A stretch of 64,000 nt of DNA from the NCBI GenBank assembly GCA_011109175.1, contig RDEW01000007.1, positions 1,254,295-1,318,294 on the forward strand, in the 5' to 3' direction. Every line of letters starts with the position of its first letter. Positions within the stretch are counted from its first letter, which is position 1. The stretch is from Dicyema japonicum. Its lineage: Eukaryota; Animalia; Dicyemida. The notes below the pieces were generated by a model that was not told the DNA's origin, did not search any database, and was given only the letters and a program-made list of their open reading frames with translations. Shown here piece after piece: positions 24,290 through 38,167 of the stretch. The translations under genes were made by a program, and so were the position numbers.

Positions 24290-25150
24290 CACAACTAATT
24301 AAACCAAAAGAAGACTATGTGCAGACCAAATCCATCCTCTAATAGTCCATTAAAGACTTCCGCTTCAGAAGAGAGGTGAAGAAGTAGATTCGCCCTCTTC
24401 TATTTACACGTCCTACCTAAGCGGACATCACTTCATTCTTCGGCGGAAGAGTTTTCATAATGGTTATCTTCACCAGAGGATTTGGTCAAGGAGATGGTAG
24501 GAAGATCCATTTCAACTACTGTGTCATGCCAGAAGGACTCGTCGCCTAACAGGTGGGATCTGTTTGACGAGAATTGGCCTTCGCCGAAAGCTCCATTTTT
24601 CCAATTCGAACCCACGACCTTCAGATCCGATGTCATCAAACGTTGCATTCTGCAAGAAGACGAAAGCATGCACAACACGAGAAATCAAATGACTAGTTAA
24701 CTTCTTCCAACTCTGGTGATTCTTTGCCTCGTCTCGCAGCCTGTCGAGGTATTCCCCGTCTTTGAGGCGTTTCCCGATTTCCTTAAGATCTTCGTTAGAG
24801 ACGATCAGTAGAGTTGATCAGGGAAAGACGAGCGTCCAGGACAAAGTAATCCTCCATGGTCATGTTTGCGGGGGTCCCCATGCCCATACGAAGTATTTGT
24901 CCAAACAGCCTCCAGGATCTCGCAAGAAATAGTTGTGCTCCTCATTCTCTTATAAAAATGTCGGACGACAGTCTGGAGTGGTTCCAGGAAAAAGGGTATG
25001 CTGAAGTTAATTTCTGTGGAAGAGTTCAGCTTTCCAAGTTCTTATCTTGCGCAGGTCCAAGTGCCGGCATTATACAGGAGTATTGGTTTCACAAGTGCGT
25101 TGACTCTTGTCTCCACATAGAGCCTTTACGGGCAAATCAGGTTTACTTGA
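24290..25150 (-). mobile_element. RTE-like LINE 3' fragment followed by a tRNA-B-box-containing SINE-like segment
   Basis: LVKPILLYNAGTW...KLNSFHR by manual translation; GGTCGTGGGTTCGAAT at ~24605-24620. Confidence 0.6.
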
Positions 25151-25549
25151 TTGAGTGCAATGCGAAATTTTTTTTGAAATTGCAATTTAAAATCAAATTA
25201 GTTTTATTTTTCTTTGATAATAATTTAAAAAATTTATAAATGTATTTTTTTCAACTTTGTTGTTTTATTAATGGTTTGAATTTATCATGTTAATATTTAT
25301 AGAGCGAAGAGAAGTGCTCAGATAAATCATATAAGCGTTTTTTAATAGTTTTAAATATAGGAAATCATGACAGATTGAAAAAACCACATACTGTTAAACA
25401 AAATGATGAAGTGATCTCATATCCTCACAAAAAACAATCAGATACGCATAAATATGGCATGAAATCAAATTCCCAAAAAAACGCTGAGAAAATAGAAAAA
25501 AGGAAACTTTTGTGGTCGTCAAATTCTATCGTTTGTTCTATTTTATTGA

Positions 25550-26300
25550 GATTTTGAGGATGCTAAATCCAAGTGGGAGAACAGCAGTTCTGTCATATCT
25601 CACCAGCAGGGCAGTCAGGCATCAGCCAAATTTAGACGAATGGTTGGCCTCTCAGAGGACTCTTCAGCTGTTTCAGCTGATACTTCACAACAAACCCAAT
25701 TGTTTAATGACTTGGACAAGCAATTTGAAAAGGCTCGGAATGCAAGATTCAATAAGGAGGGAGTTGGATCACGATCCACTTTTAATTCAAAATAATCCTT
25801 TTATTTTGTTTACCTTGGTTTTTTACGTCTGTGAAGATATTCTTATGAATTCTCTCAAAATTCAAGACCATCAGGGGTTTATTAATTTGCCCCGAAAACG
25901 AGACTACGCTTGTACGACGCAAGCATCTGAGTCCGTTCTGAGGCGACTTAAAAAGTTGGACTCTGCCAGCGAACGAAATTATGGCAAACGATATCGTTCC
26001 TAGGGGTCTCCAAAATATTGAACAGAACTGTGTATGGGAGAATGAAGTGTTCGCCAAACTCGGTTTAAAATCACGGAGGCTCTTTGGACACGTTCTGAGA
26101 ATGGACCTGAATGCCTTAGTTAACGTAGCCATGGAGGATTTCTTCGCTTCTGACGCTCTCCCATTCCGTAGACGATCGACGACCACGGTCCTAGACGGGG
26201 ACTTTCAAAAAGATTGGAAGACGCTTATGAGAGGGAGAGGATGGACTACGTGAGCTTGCGTATGACAGAGACAAGTGGAGAAAGATGGCTTTGTTACTAG
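25550..26300 (+). mobile_element. RTE-like LINE 3' fragment
   Basis: KLDSA..., RRLFGHVLRMDLNALVNVAMEDFF, DRDKWR-type end. Confidence 0.7.
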
Positions 26301-27289
26301 TTTCTCGATGCTTCCGAGCTTGAGATTGACGCAGTCATCAATGATACCCTACATATAACTGGAATTTCTACAGGGACTCAGACGCAACAAAAAAGTTAAG
26401 AACATTCCTTCCAATGATTAGTTAGCACAACTGTTCTTTACTCTCAAAAAAAAGTGTGCGCCCTGCACAGTATGGTTATATTATTAATCTAAGGAGTCAT
26501 TGAGATGTTGTGTTAGTTGCCGAACTCATAAACAAATGTCTCCCACACTAAGAAAACATAAAGTTATGTTCGATAGTCCATAGGAGCTAAACATAAGGGG
26601 AGTCGATGGTTCTTGAGAAAGGGAAAATTCTGCCCAAGAAGAGTTCATATTAGATTTTGTCTAGAACAGACAATGTTCAGACTTACTCTGCATGGCCACT
26701 ATAAGTCTTGTCTAACATGTTCAGATCACTTAAAATATGACTACTTTGATCTTTCATACAGAAATGACGTGTCGTTGTTGTACATCGATTATTCGATCAA
26801 GTTTATCCCAATAAGGCTTTGAACCGAAAATATATGCTTGAAGAAATCTCAAAAATTAAAACTTGACAGTTCTGCAGTAAGATTTGCTTAAAAGCCGAGA
26901 TCTCCAGAACATCTGAAAGTCAGATCATATCTATAGTGAGAAAAACCTTCTCTATGGAGATTAAAACATGGTAAAACGTAAGAAAATGATCAAGGACACT
27001 GGGGTTACTTAATTAGAGGATAACTCTTATTTTCTTTCTGATGTTCTCGGGGTTATTCCGTAATTTAAAATCTAGCATACGTGTCTGTTTGTGTGTATCT
27101 GTTTATCAGTAATCGAGCTTTTTAAGGTAAAAGGCATTCTCGTGCCAGAATAATGTAAAAATGATCGTTATGATATAAAATGATGTAAACCCTCAAAGAT
27201 TGGTCCCTGAGTTGGAAAATTTGACCGAAGTTAAATAAGAATCGGGAAAAATTAAACAAGTTGGTAAATAAACACAATTTATAGTGTTT

Positions 27290-27720
27290 CTTTACCATAA
27301 ACGTCACTTTCCCGACCAATATCGTCACTAAATTGTTTGAGGGTAAAAACAAAAAAAAATGTAGCAAACAAAAAAGTGAGAAATTATTCCGTGATAATTT
27401 TCTAGATAAGCATCACGGTAAATACCGAAACATTTTTCTGAAAAACCCAGAACAATCATTTTGGGTAATAATTTCTAATCCTTTTGGCGAATAAGGGAGT
27501 AAATAGAGAACACGGAGATTTTTTATTTCAATATTCTTCAATGCCCGTATAATGACGAATACGTGATATCAAAAATAAAGATCGGGTCTTCAATTCCCTC
27601 TTTTTAACAAAAATTTTTAAAGATTCCAGAAAAATCTTAAAATCCTCCCCGTTAAGCATAGTTGGTTCTGGTGGCCCCTACAGGAGAGTAGGCAGAAGAT
27701 CCTGAAACAGTATTAGCACA
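27290..27720 (-). mobile_element. IS630/Tc1-like (DDE_3) relic
   Basis: TTTCCCGACCAATATCGTCACT terminal motif and transposase segment homologous to 30132-30320. Confidence 0.55.
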
Positions 27721-27999
27721 CGGTATTCGCCTTGACTACTGGCTATTCCCTCCAAGATTGCTAGCGAGAATCTGTAAATTGATCATAAATTTTGTAAATT
27801 ATCATTTATATGTTAATTTGTGCCTTTTAACTGTTAATCTGCTTTACAATGAGAATCTCGCTCACCAACCTGAAAGAGTCTTCGGGCCCAAGACAGTCTC
27901 ATTCTTGAAATCGCTGAGTCGAGGATTTCCAAAGTAATGAAAGATCATCGGGAGATGGATTTGTCAGGGGAAAATGTCATAGTCCTATTAACTCTTTAT

Positions 28000-28800
28000 C
28001 CCATTAACTTTAAACATATCCACTGGAAACGTGGGAGAACGAACCGTACGACCTTCTCCACCACTTCAGCATATTAGATGGAGGTAGTTTTCAGATATTT
28101 CAGTTTCAAGTGTGAGAGTCTTGCACTGATGCGGATTTCTTTTGTTCCACTAATGATTTTTCTCCAACTTTTCACTCAACAACGAAAAACATTTGATCAA
28201 TCTCCCACTTTATTACTCAATCTCGCAAAAACGCACATGAGGGTAGCTTTGGTTTCTAGCGATGCCCAAGGTTTTTGACTCCATTTTGGAGATCTTAGCG
28301 ACTAATAGCTATCCGAACATCGTAGCTAAAAATTTCCTTTTTGGTCGACATGGAAGAGTAAGTTACAACATAAAATCAAAATCTCGCATGTTACCCATTG
28401 AAGTACCACGTGGTTCTTTACTCTCACCTGCTTTACCCATCTTCTCGACATTTCTACAAATTACAATCAAACCTGGTTTTCTTTATATCGACAAAGAAAT
28501 AGACATCTTTGTCAGTGGTCTCTGACATCCAGTTACTTCTTGTCCGGGTGAATCACTACATCCACCAATATGCTATCAATTTCGGCATCTAAATTGTGAT
28601 TTACCACATTCACTTCGGATAGGGGCTTCAGAGGCGACCCCGAGGTGGCCCCGCCGATATTGAGTAATCGGAGAACCACTTATGGCACTTTCACGCATCA
28701 CGTCGGTGGAGTCCCTACTAAAGGGGAACTTAGGAAGTGAGGCATTTCTAAACACTATTCTAGAAAACCGCTCTCCTTCCTACAATCAACAGTAACCACG
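28000..28800 (+). mobile_element. decayed APE-LINE reverse transcriptase
   Basis: DAQGF/PKVFDS, NFLFGRHGRV, EVPRGSLLSP (degenerate GVPQGSVLSP). Confidence 0.6.
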
Positions 28801-30051
28801 AAATCCTTTAAGTTCATGCAAAAAACCAAGAAAGAAAAATTGACCACGTATAGAAGAAACTAATCAACCCCAAGATCACCCTAATCAAGTTCCTCTATAA
28901 AAATTCGCCGACTCACTTCCGTTAAACTTTGGGATCACTGGTGGACCACACAAGGAGTCCGAAAATTATAAGAAACTAGAGTCACCTAATTAGCCGTTTT
29001 GACATCTTTACTAGTGATCTTGGGATTTTAAATAAATATAAAAATATCAGGTTACAAAATTAAAATTATTCGAATCAATCATTCTGTTTGTATAGTACAA
29101 GTTGTTTGTTAGAAAAATCCTCCGTGTCAGAATTTCTATAAAAATTAATCAATTCAAACCTTATCACCTTGTCCAACAAAACACTTGGAAAGGGCCTGCT
29201 CAGGGAATACAAATTTTCAAGCTCAGAGCTTAAATAAATCTCACGTGGAAAAAATGGGCCATTGTTTGAACTTGGGATATCTGGATCTTTCGTATGTTGA
29301 TCGATTTCTACATAATCTGGACAAGGTCTCTTAATAGGTGCTTCATAATCACTTGTTAATTAGTCAAATTGAAAACTTATTTTCTGGTGGCAGTCTTCTT
29401 TTCTTTCCACTCATAGGAATTTGATGATTTCTTAAATAATTTGGTCTTTTAGGAGAAGATGAATAAGAGTATCTAGTTATAATTATCATTATATTACAAT
29501 TCATGAATATTTGTGCGTTTAAGAGAAGAATAACTCATTGTAATTAGCACAAGAGAAAGACACACAAAATAGAAAATTCAAATGACTTATAATTATTTTA
29601 AAATATTAATTTTTTTTAATTTACAAAAAATATAATTTAGTCAAACTCACCGCACTTGATTAAAGAAATATCAAGTGGATCAACTGACGCCTCTTAGGGT
29701 CTAAAGAAAACACAAAGTAGAACGAAATTCTTAGACCAGGTAAGTAGAGTTGTGAGAATCGAACCCAGGGCTAATCAGTCTCGAGTGATTGCACTACCAC
29801 TGCTGAATAATGAGTCCTTCTTAGTGATTTCAAGTAATTTTTTAGTTACACTTGACTGATTGAATTATTCATTATTAATCGCATCATTTTCCATACCAAG
29901 CAATCCTATGTATGTGAAGATTAAGTTCGACACGGAATCAACGATATGAGTCCCCTTGGGGAAGTTTCTAAGTTAATGTAAGCGAAAAATCAGTGTTAAT
30001 GACTAAAACTAAAGGTTATCTTAAAAAATGATAATCTTGACGTGGATTATA

Positions 30052-30521
30052 TAGGATTTGACGACCAATAGCGTAACTTTCCCGATCAATAGCGTCACTA
30101 AATTTTTTAAGTGTAAAAGCAAATTTTTGTTTTAATTTTCTCTTTTCAGCAGCTCCTCTGGAAACATATAGTTTTTCCATGTGCTGAATAAATTCTCACC
30201 TGGACTGAGAAATGGCGAGTAAAGGGGTAATGAACATAGATATTGTCCGTATAATGATGGATTCAGGCATATCGGGTCCTCAATTCCCTCTTCGAAATAA
30301 AGATTTTTTAAGGATTCCATAAAAATTGGTCATTGATGTAATTTCTGGTTCTACATGAATTTAAGCAGAAGATACTGAAATATCTCTTCCTCGTCTTGGT
30401 CTATACGATAGTGAAATTGGACCTCATCATGAGTTTTAAGATGTTCTTTTATCAAAAAATATATTTACCCTTGTCCCAATGTTAACGAGTAGAAAGTGAC
30501 GCTAATGGTCGGGAAACCCTA
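30052..30521 (-). mobile_element. internally deleted IS630/Tc1-like transposon with TIRs and TA flanks
   Basis: ta|TAGGATTTGACGACCAATAGCGTAACTTT and AAAGTGACGCTAATGGTCGGGAAACCCTA|ta; LPLYSPFLSPGENLFSTWKNY (DDE_3 LPPYSPFLNPIE-like). Confidence 0.75.
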
Positions 30522-30781
30522 TATTATTCATTTCAAATGTTAAATAATAGTCAGATGGAAGAATGGAGAAGGATGACTTACTGAGTTAAGTCCAAGTTAG
30601 AAGAGGCCGAAATTTTAATTTTTTATTAATATTAAAATAAGATTTTGGAGAACAATACTGCGTTAGGTAACGTGAGAAGTCTCTAGGCTATAAAAGTATA
30701 GCTGGCTGTGTACAAAGCAAGCTTTGACTTATCCCCCTTTTTTTGGGGAGCATGAATAAACGCCGATATCGTTATAAGTGA

Positions 30782-31400
30782 TTTATTTACCCCCGGTCCT
30801 TTGTAGTAAAAGAAACCGATAGCTAACAAGAAAGTAACTACCCAGACCAGACCCTCTCAGAGATCCTTCAAGTGTATCTGGTGTGGCGTAGAACTCCAAA
30901 GGAGACCGGGACAAGAGAAGAGGCGCCCGTCTTCTGGTTGCCTAGAAGGCAGAAAGGGCAAAATGGATCGTCTGATTCTGCTTAAATGGTCTTATAAAAG
31001 CGCTCCAAGTAGACACTAACTTCCCGTAGTAGGGAAGTTGTTGATACCGAGGCTTTTGATGTCAATAGTAGAAACTTAGTCGTGGATTTAAAGGCGCAAT
31101 TGAATGTGCTCAGTCTCTGGAATGGTTTGAAGAATGCAAACTTTGTCACCGAGGGTAGGTATGATTCTCCATTTTTTATGAAAAACCAAAGGCTGTGGAC
31201 CGGATGCTCCAGGGTTTTATTAACAACCACGTGCTCTACAAATAGCCACAAATAAGCCATTTGTCCCCATTGCTATAATTTTAGGGTTTTTTGAAATTCT
31301 ACGTGCCATTATTGTGACCCTGGTGAAAACACTCGAGTACAGAAGATCTGCCACGTTTTTCTCGCCATATACGGTCTCCTCCGTCACTCTTTCGAATTAG
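30782..31400 (-). mobile_element. unclassified non-LTR retroelement 3' fragment
   Basis: Shares 3' core and GGGG-TAAATAAAT tail with 18997 and 38795 copies; upstream decayed ORF. Confidence 0.4.
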
Positions 31401-31619
31401 AATATCCAAGGGTGTCGGCACCATGTTATTTTTGTCCATGGATCACTTCTCTGTCACTCCAAAAGTCCTTTTTATGTAGCTCGGAAGATGAGCTAATGTT
31501 TCATATTAAATTTGATAGTCCTTGTTTGGAATTGTCATAATTTGAGTGGACTTGATTGGATTTGAAGATGTACTAGAAATATTCTGAAGATAAAAGGTTT
31601 TTGAATTTTAAAGTTTTTC

Positions 31620-31770
31620 ATTGACGAATGACGACGCTATCAGTGAACATCTCACGACGGAACAAAATCGTCTATAAAGAACTTACACACAACGAAAAAG
31701 AAAAAAGAAGTGTAGAGCATTCCTTGTTTTTCCTTCTACGATTAGTTCTCAAAACTGTTCATGATATGGT
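31620..31770 (+). repeat. internal fragment of tRNA-derived SINE (family of 40820)
   Basis: TTGACGAATGACGACGCTATCAGTGAA...AAAAGAAAAAAGAAGTG...CTACGATTAGTT. Confidence 0.7.
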
Positions 31771-32089
31771 TTTTGTAAAATTCAATAAAAATATATGGGA
31801 GCTGCTGTTGCGTCAAAAAGGACGCTTGAGAGTTGCTTGTTGAGCAGAAAAGGAGTAAATACTCGGAAGAGAAGTTCAATTCAGCAGCCTGGTTAAGATG
31901 GCATCTTGCTTTGGTTATTATGTAAAGATTTCAATATAAAATAAACGCAAAAAGATTAAATATCATCATACACGTGCAACATCAGGCAAATGATCCCCCA
32001 AACTATATCAATTTCCGACTGGATGAGATTTGAACCAAGGTCCTATGTGCATCCGGCATTTCCTTTCTTAGTTCAGAATTTCAGTTTTC

Positions 32090-32230
32090 CGATGTCTCAC
32101 GAGTTTAGCCTCGTCCATGCTCGCAGGAAGAAAGACAAAGGCTTTCATCCATCATATTTCTTGCAATATGGTACATCACCGCCTCATCCCTGGCCAACTG
32201 GGGACACAAAAATTGTAGACTTACAGTTAA
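32090..32230 (+). mobile_element. possible hAT/Buster transposase relic
   Basis: SSMLAGRKTKAFI...MVHHR weakly resembles TDGAPSMLG...HC.IHR. Confidence 0.3.
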
Positions 32231-32341
32231 ACCATGCAAGTGAACATTATTTCCTTTCAAAATTAAAATTCTATTATAACCATTGAGTAAAACACGTGCA
32301 ATTTTAAAATTTCTAAGATATGAAAAAATTAAGAAAAACGA

Positions 32342-32659
32342 CTAGTCTTCTCTCCATGTAAACTTGCATTTGCAACATCGATAAAAAGTCGTCATTGGTT
32401 CGTCCGCGCTTCTCAGTTGAATTTCTTGATAGTAGGCCTTGTCATTCCCGCATTTGTTGCAATTAACACTGGTAACCAGTCCAGAAGTTGTCTCTTCTGA
32501 GTAAACATTGGTGATCTTCTTATGCTGTCTCGGGTATTTATAAATATATCTTCCGTCGCACAGCTTATCATAACTACACGTGTAGCATTGCAGACGTAAT
32601 TTATCATGAAAAGAAATTGATCGGAGAATGTTGTGACAGTGTGGACAAAAAACAAACAT
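32342..32659 (-). CDS. POLR3K: RNA polymerase III subunit C11 (intronless)
   Basis: MFVFCPHC N-terminal Zn ribbon; QLRSADEPMTTFYRCCKCKFTWRED TFIIS-like C-terminus. Confidence 0.9.
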   Translation of the reverse strand: MFVFCPHCHNILRSISFHDKLRLQCYTCSYDKLCDGRYIYKYPRQHKKITNVYSEETTSGLVTSVNCNKCGNDKAYYQEIQLRSADEPMTTFYRCCKCKFTWRED

Positions 32660-32824
32660 TCGGAAGCGTTTCGTAATAAAATTAGTAGCGTAATCACTTT
32701 TAATTGTTTACTTATTGATTTCACTTGCTTTATGAAAATTATAAATATTGATTTTATCTTTAATATTTGTCTTTAAAGTGAGTCCTCACAGTCAAGAGTA
32801 AATATCCGTAATCTTCCCATTACT

Positions 32825-35800
32825 TAGCTATAGCTTTTTCCAGTATAGGAGGATATATTTATTTCCAATTACAGACACGAAGTTCTCTAAGATAACGTTC
32901 CTTCCATTCGCGAGGAAATAAAAGAGTTTAGAATGTGTACTGTCGAACATTGGTGTAGATCACTGTCTTGAACTTAACAAATGTCGTTAACACACCCAGT
33001 CTTAGATAACTAAAGAAACAACAATCAAAGGCCATACAGTAGCCGACAGAATTACTATTTCCTATCAGGATGGTCAAATAACCAGCAACCCTCACGGAGA
33101 TTTGTGTTACAAAAGCAACAAAATTTTATTTGAATAAAAATTTCTTAGTAATAAAATTTAAAAGTAATTAAAATACAAAAAAGGTCATTTCAACGTTTTA
33201 TAAAATGCAATATAAGCATTGCGGCAGCCGTTCTTACCAAACGTTTATGATCATCTAGGAATGACTGAACATAATCTAAATAATTTTGACATCGCAATGA
33301 AGTAGGATTGTTCAGTGCAAATTTTTCCAAAAAATTTAAACATCTGCATCTCCTCATCTACAAGATAAAGGCATAATGTACAGTATTACTATTAATTTTT
33401 ACATTGATCACGTAATCAACAAATTGCTCAATACGGGCCCCAACTGAGCTATAGTCCAATAGAACCTCCAATACTCTCATAATTGTATCATCCAAATAAG
33501 GAAACTCAGAGCATCTCCCATTTTTAGTCACATCAACCAAAACACTTAAAATGTCATTAATGAGGAGTTCGCAAAATGTAGAAATAGAGCTTTTATGCAG
33601 AAACAAGTGCATAATTATTACTCCCAATTCAGGATTTTTATTGTATTTAGAAAGAAGAGGTCTCCAGAGGGCAAAAAGTACTTTCTGTTCATAGAACAAA
33701 CACCTATCTCCCACAAAGGCCGCAGTATGCTTATTAAATACGTTGAAGATGTAATCACACACAGTAACAGCATCATCAAACGATTCTCCAGCTCTTTCAA
33801 GGATCTACCAGTAATATTAATCAGGTTACATTCTCCACTAAGACACTAACAAACGGTGGAGAGACCCCATTCTGATTAATGAGACATCGAAATACAGTGG
33901 AAACCACAAAAATAGGCAAATCGCAGATATCTTCAAATCCAGAAAAGTCTTCCTCTGACAAAATTTCTGCAATTATTCTTGAAGTCAGTATTTGATCTTT
34001 AGAGTTTCCATTCAGCTGAAATGAGGCTTCAAAAAGTTTATTTCTAAGAGGTTTTGTGTAATTTTGAGAAATCTAGCAAAATAGCGAAATACAAACTTTA
34101 AGAGTATTCACACACAAAGCGGCTGTCGACAAATCAATTGACTCCAATGAGTGTTTTAACATGATGTCTAAGTGTGAATGACTAAAACTGATATAGACAA
34201 ACCATAGATTACCTTAGATTACGAAAATTAATGGAGCATAACTTGGAAATCACGTGCAAATCCTGGTTTCCCGCGATAAATCGAACATTCTCAGTCCACC
34301 AATTCACAAACCCGACGTAGAATAAGCTGACCTGTCGTAATCCAACCAAAAGTAGCTCAATGGCTCGATCTAAACGTTCACCTTACAAAATCCACCATTA
34401 GGAAAGTTGATAAAACCATTGAGGAGAGAATCGAGGACGTGTTCTGAACAATTGGGAGATGCAGCGAAAAGAGCAAAAACATTTGAGATTTCAAAAATCC
34501 TATTTTTTGTAAATCAATAGAAATACTTATTAGTGGAATCCAAACCAGCAAGTAAAGACATGCACAGTTGGGGGTGATTCTCACAAATTGATGTCACCAA
34601 GACTGTAACAGAGTCACTGTTTTTAGCACAACTACGCTTGTATGAATAATAATACCAGGAATCCATCATTCTTAAGTAATCTACAAGAAGTTGTAAGCTA
34701 TTAATCTCCAAAAACGGTATAATCCTAGTTGAGATCCCAACGATTGATAGAAAATCATCCTCTAGTCCATTTTCCCACAATATAGGGAGAAGGGGAAGTA
34801 TATATTCCACGTATCGTCCACAATCAGGATGGATTACAGATGTAATGGAGTCGATTGCCCTGAGTACATCAGAATATCCGTCAGTTATCTAAAATTGGCT
34901 AAAATCAGAGAACTTGGCGATTTTTTGTTTCACAGAAGAAAACATCCATAATTTCTCTTACGAATTTTTCGGAGTTAGTAGAAGCAATTATGGTAGTTAA
35001 AATTGCATGCTTAAGCCCGTCGGGGTCGGTCAAACCATCTGCAAGTACCCCTGTGAATCAGGAAAATAATCAAACCTTCGTAAATCGACATGCCGAATTC
35101 ATTTTCTTCAAAATAATCAGAATCCCCCCTACCATCAAAAGTACACAATTTTGGAACAAACTCCCTCAAAATCAGCTCGAGGAATTGCAAATAGAAAAAG
35201 TGAAGTTCCGGGTTAGGAATCACCGACAAAATCTCGATTTGAATTTTGCAACAAACATCTGACAAATACTTCAAATAAACACGTTTTTCTGTGAATTTCG
35301 TCCCATATATGCGTTTCTGTGAAAATACACTTTACTCTTACTAAGGCTCGTACAGCGTAAGCACGGTTGATTGGCGTAGAATAGGAAGACGAAAAAACCT
35401 TACAGAGCCTAGATATTAAAGTTTGGGGGGAATTTGGAGTTTTGTCTAAAATAATGAGCATCAGTTTCATGTAGAGATCAAATAAGTCCTCATGGTAGGT
35501 TAACCTAACCTACAAAATATCAACAATTCGTATTTTTATAGTATTTTGGCTAAGTGGAGACTTACACTTTGGAAAACGGGATGAAAGTACTCCTCAAATA
35601 AATGGTCGACATCTTCTCGGTATCCTTAGGGGTAACTTTAATGAATAAACCCGAATCCATAAAGTGACATAAAACTCCGAAGATTGCCGTCCAACCTCTA
35701 TGTCGCTCATCTTTATGAGCAAAGTTAAGAAATTTGGTAATGAATATATCATTCTTGTGACAAAAATCTAGCAGTAACATAAAAACTGAACCTGACTCAC

Positions 35801-36302
35801 AACAACGTAAAACGAGGGCATAAAACGAAAGACAGTCCCGCTCACTAATTAACCGGGGACTCTGACTTTTCATGAAATTTAAAAGAAATCCTTCTATAAA
35901 GTCGGTACACGGCACGCCATCAAATTCTTTCAAATTTAGTCTGCGCACGACAATTCGCATAGAACAAAGTATGTAGGGAACAAAATCTCCGACTTTGACC
36001 GATTCAGCATCAATAAATTCAGCCAAGAAAGACACTAAACTAACCAAATCGTTTACATCCTCCATTTAAACAACTACGTGGTAAATTTTTGATGAGATGG
36101 GTGAATAGAAGGAAACCATGACTCCTCTTACGGAAATCAATCTTCATCATGGATTCTCTAACATGTCAAAAATAAAAAACTTTAAAAGCTGCATTACTTC
36201 GAGAATAGAATATTTCCCATTGGAAAGATTACAAGTTATTTCGTGAATGACTTTGTTGTACTCCCACGTGTATAATCTGCCGATTAAGTACATAAGTTCC
36301 AT
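32825..36302 (-). CDS. large divergent alpha-helical (HEAT/ARM-like) protein, possibly MMS19-like, multi-exon
   Basis: Chain of same-strand ORFs joined by short introns; FITKFLNFAHKDERHR and IWDEIHRK loosely recall MMS19 FIQVMDGEKDPRN and LWASIRRE; end coordinate uncertain. Confidence 0.5.
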
Positions 36303-37110
36303 TTAATTTTATGGAAAAGGAGACTTTGCTATTCAACTGAAAATTTAAGTTTTGCAATATCCAAAGGATCAAGAAGCGTGACAGCAGAAATTATTTTTAA
36401 AAATAAATTATATTTATTTTAAATAATTCTTTTTCTTCTGAATTTCTTTTAATTATATAAATAAAATATAACCATATTGCCACAGTATTTGCATTTTCCC
36501 AGGAGAGCCTAAAATGACAAGATGGCTCTTCTACAACATTGGGCTCGGGATCATGAGGGGGGCAACTCCCATTGTATGCTCAATGACTGAAGACCATAAT
36601 AAAGATTTTATTTTGTAAATATACTTTTAACTAATTAATTTTTTTAAAAATAGATTCCTAACTAAAATTTTTTTTACTAATTGTGTCGTTCTACCGAAAT
36701 TTCAGAATCGAATAAAATAGAAAATTACCAGAATTGTCTGATATTGACAGGGAAACCCTATAAGTTGTATTTAGTTTCCACACTCGTCGATAACCTCTCG
36801 TCCTTTTCTTGAAAACATAGGATACACGAATTTTCGGAAAAAAAGATTATAGAACACACAGATGTCTGGGTTCATTCTCATAGACCGAGATTCCAGTAAA
36901 ACTGGACACGAATCGTCTGCATTTGAGTCAACTCATTTGTTACTAAATCTCTCGTGCTCTTAACAACAACTGGTCACGATTACATTACTAATAACTACAA
37001 ACTCATAATTAAACCAATATAGGACTGTATTTACTTCCACGACATCAGAGGAACACCCCATGACTAATCCACGTGGTTGAAATAAAATACAAAATAAATA
37101 ACAAAATTAA

Positions 37111-38167
37111 TCAGTTCTCAACACGTTTGATATTCCTCCCACGAATTTTACGTTCTTTAAACTCTACAGTTTTGTTACTCTTAACATTTGGCTTCATTTC
37201 CTCAAAATTCACACTAAACTTTTCCTTTTCAGGCAGAGACACCCCATTTGAATCAACCCCAGGATTCACAAAACTATGTTTGGGGGTGAATTTAATGTCA
37301 CAAGGTAACTCCACCTCAGGTTTTTCTCTACAATACAGAGACAGCATTACTCTTTCTCAACAATCTCCCATTTCCCGTAGAACCCATTTGTCTGCCTGGG
37401 AGGCACTATTGAGGCTGGATTATCTTCATTCTTTTCCTTCTCTTCGTCCTTCTCCTTGTGGGCCTGAATGAGTCGTTCCATCTCTGCAAATTCGTTAGCT
37501 TCCTTCTTGGACTCTTTGTCTTCTCGTCGTGCTCGTTTTCGAGGATGAACAAACTGCCGACTGCTGTCATTCGAGGGCATATCCGGATACACGATTTGAT
37601 GTTCCTCCAATGTAAGGTACTGCAGGGGTTGAGAAGATGTAACTTCTATGGGATTAAAGTTACGGAGACCTCCAGTTGAGGCATTCTTGAAAAATCTCTG
37701 ACCTTGAGCGTTAATAATCTCACACCAGCTTGTCTGAGCAGCCTTTTCAAAAATCTCCGTGTAGATTCGCTCGTCAGCCACTGAAATGAGTCAATGTGAT
37801 ACTTTTGTTGAGTTCATTATGCAACTGTTTGGCTGAAAAGCCTTTGAACTTGCCTTGCTTTTGAAGGGACGCTCGGGCAGCCTAGAAATAAACCAAGGAA
37901 CAACATTTTCGACTCGAATCATAGTCAGGCGTTCCTCCTGTTTGGCTTTGTCCGTGGCTTTTTTATTACGACGAATCTGTAAAAGGGATATAAAGAGGAC
38001 TGACCTCGTCAACACGTTTTCTCACATTAGCTTTGTGCTTTTCGCTGTTTTCGTGAAATTGTATGTTCTAAAATAAACGATTCAAAGATTACAGCTTTGT
38101 TATCCACAAACCAGCTGCGACAAAAGTCACAGTATTTTCTGTCATAACTCTTCCAGTAATCTGCCAT
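37111..38167 (-). CDS. WBP4: WW domain-binding protein 4 (FBP21), multi-exon
   Basis: MADYWKSYDRKYCDFCRSWFVDNKA|NIQFHENSEKHK (U1-type Zn finger), WW-like SWCEIINAQGQRFFKNASTG, GFYGKWEIVE. Confidence 0.9.

Noticed and set aside
29740-29805. tRNA-like sequence on the minus strand (AGCAGTGGTAG...GGGTTCGATTCTC)
   Set aside because: It has A/B-box-like motifs but no complete cloverleaf; a SINE head or pseudogene at most.
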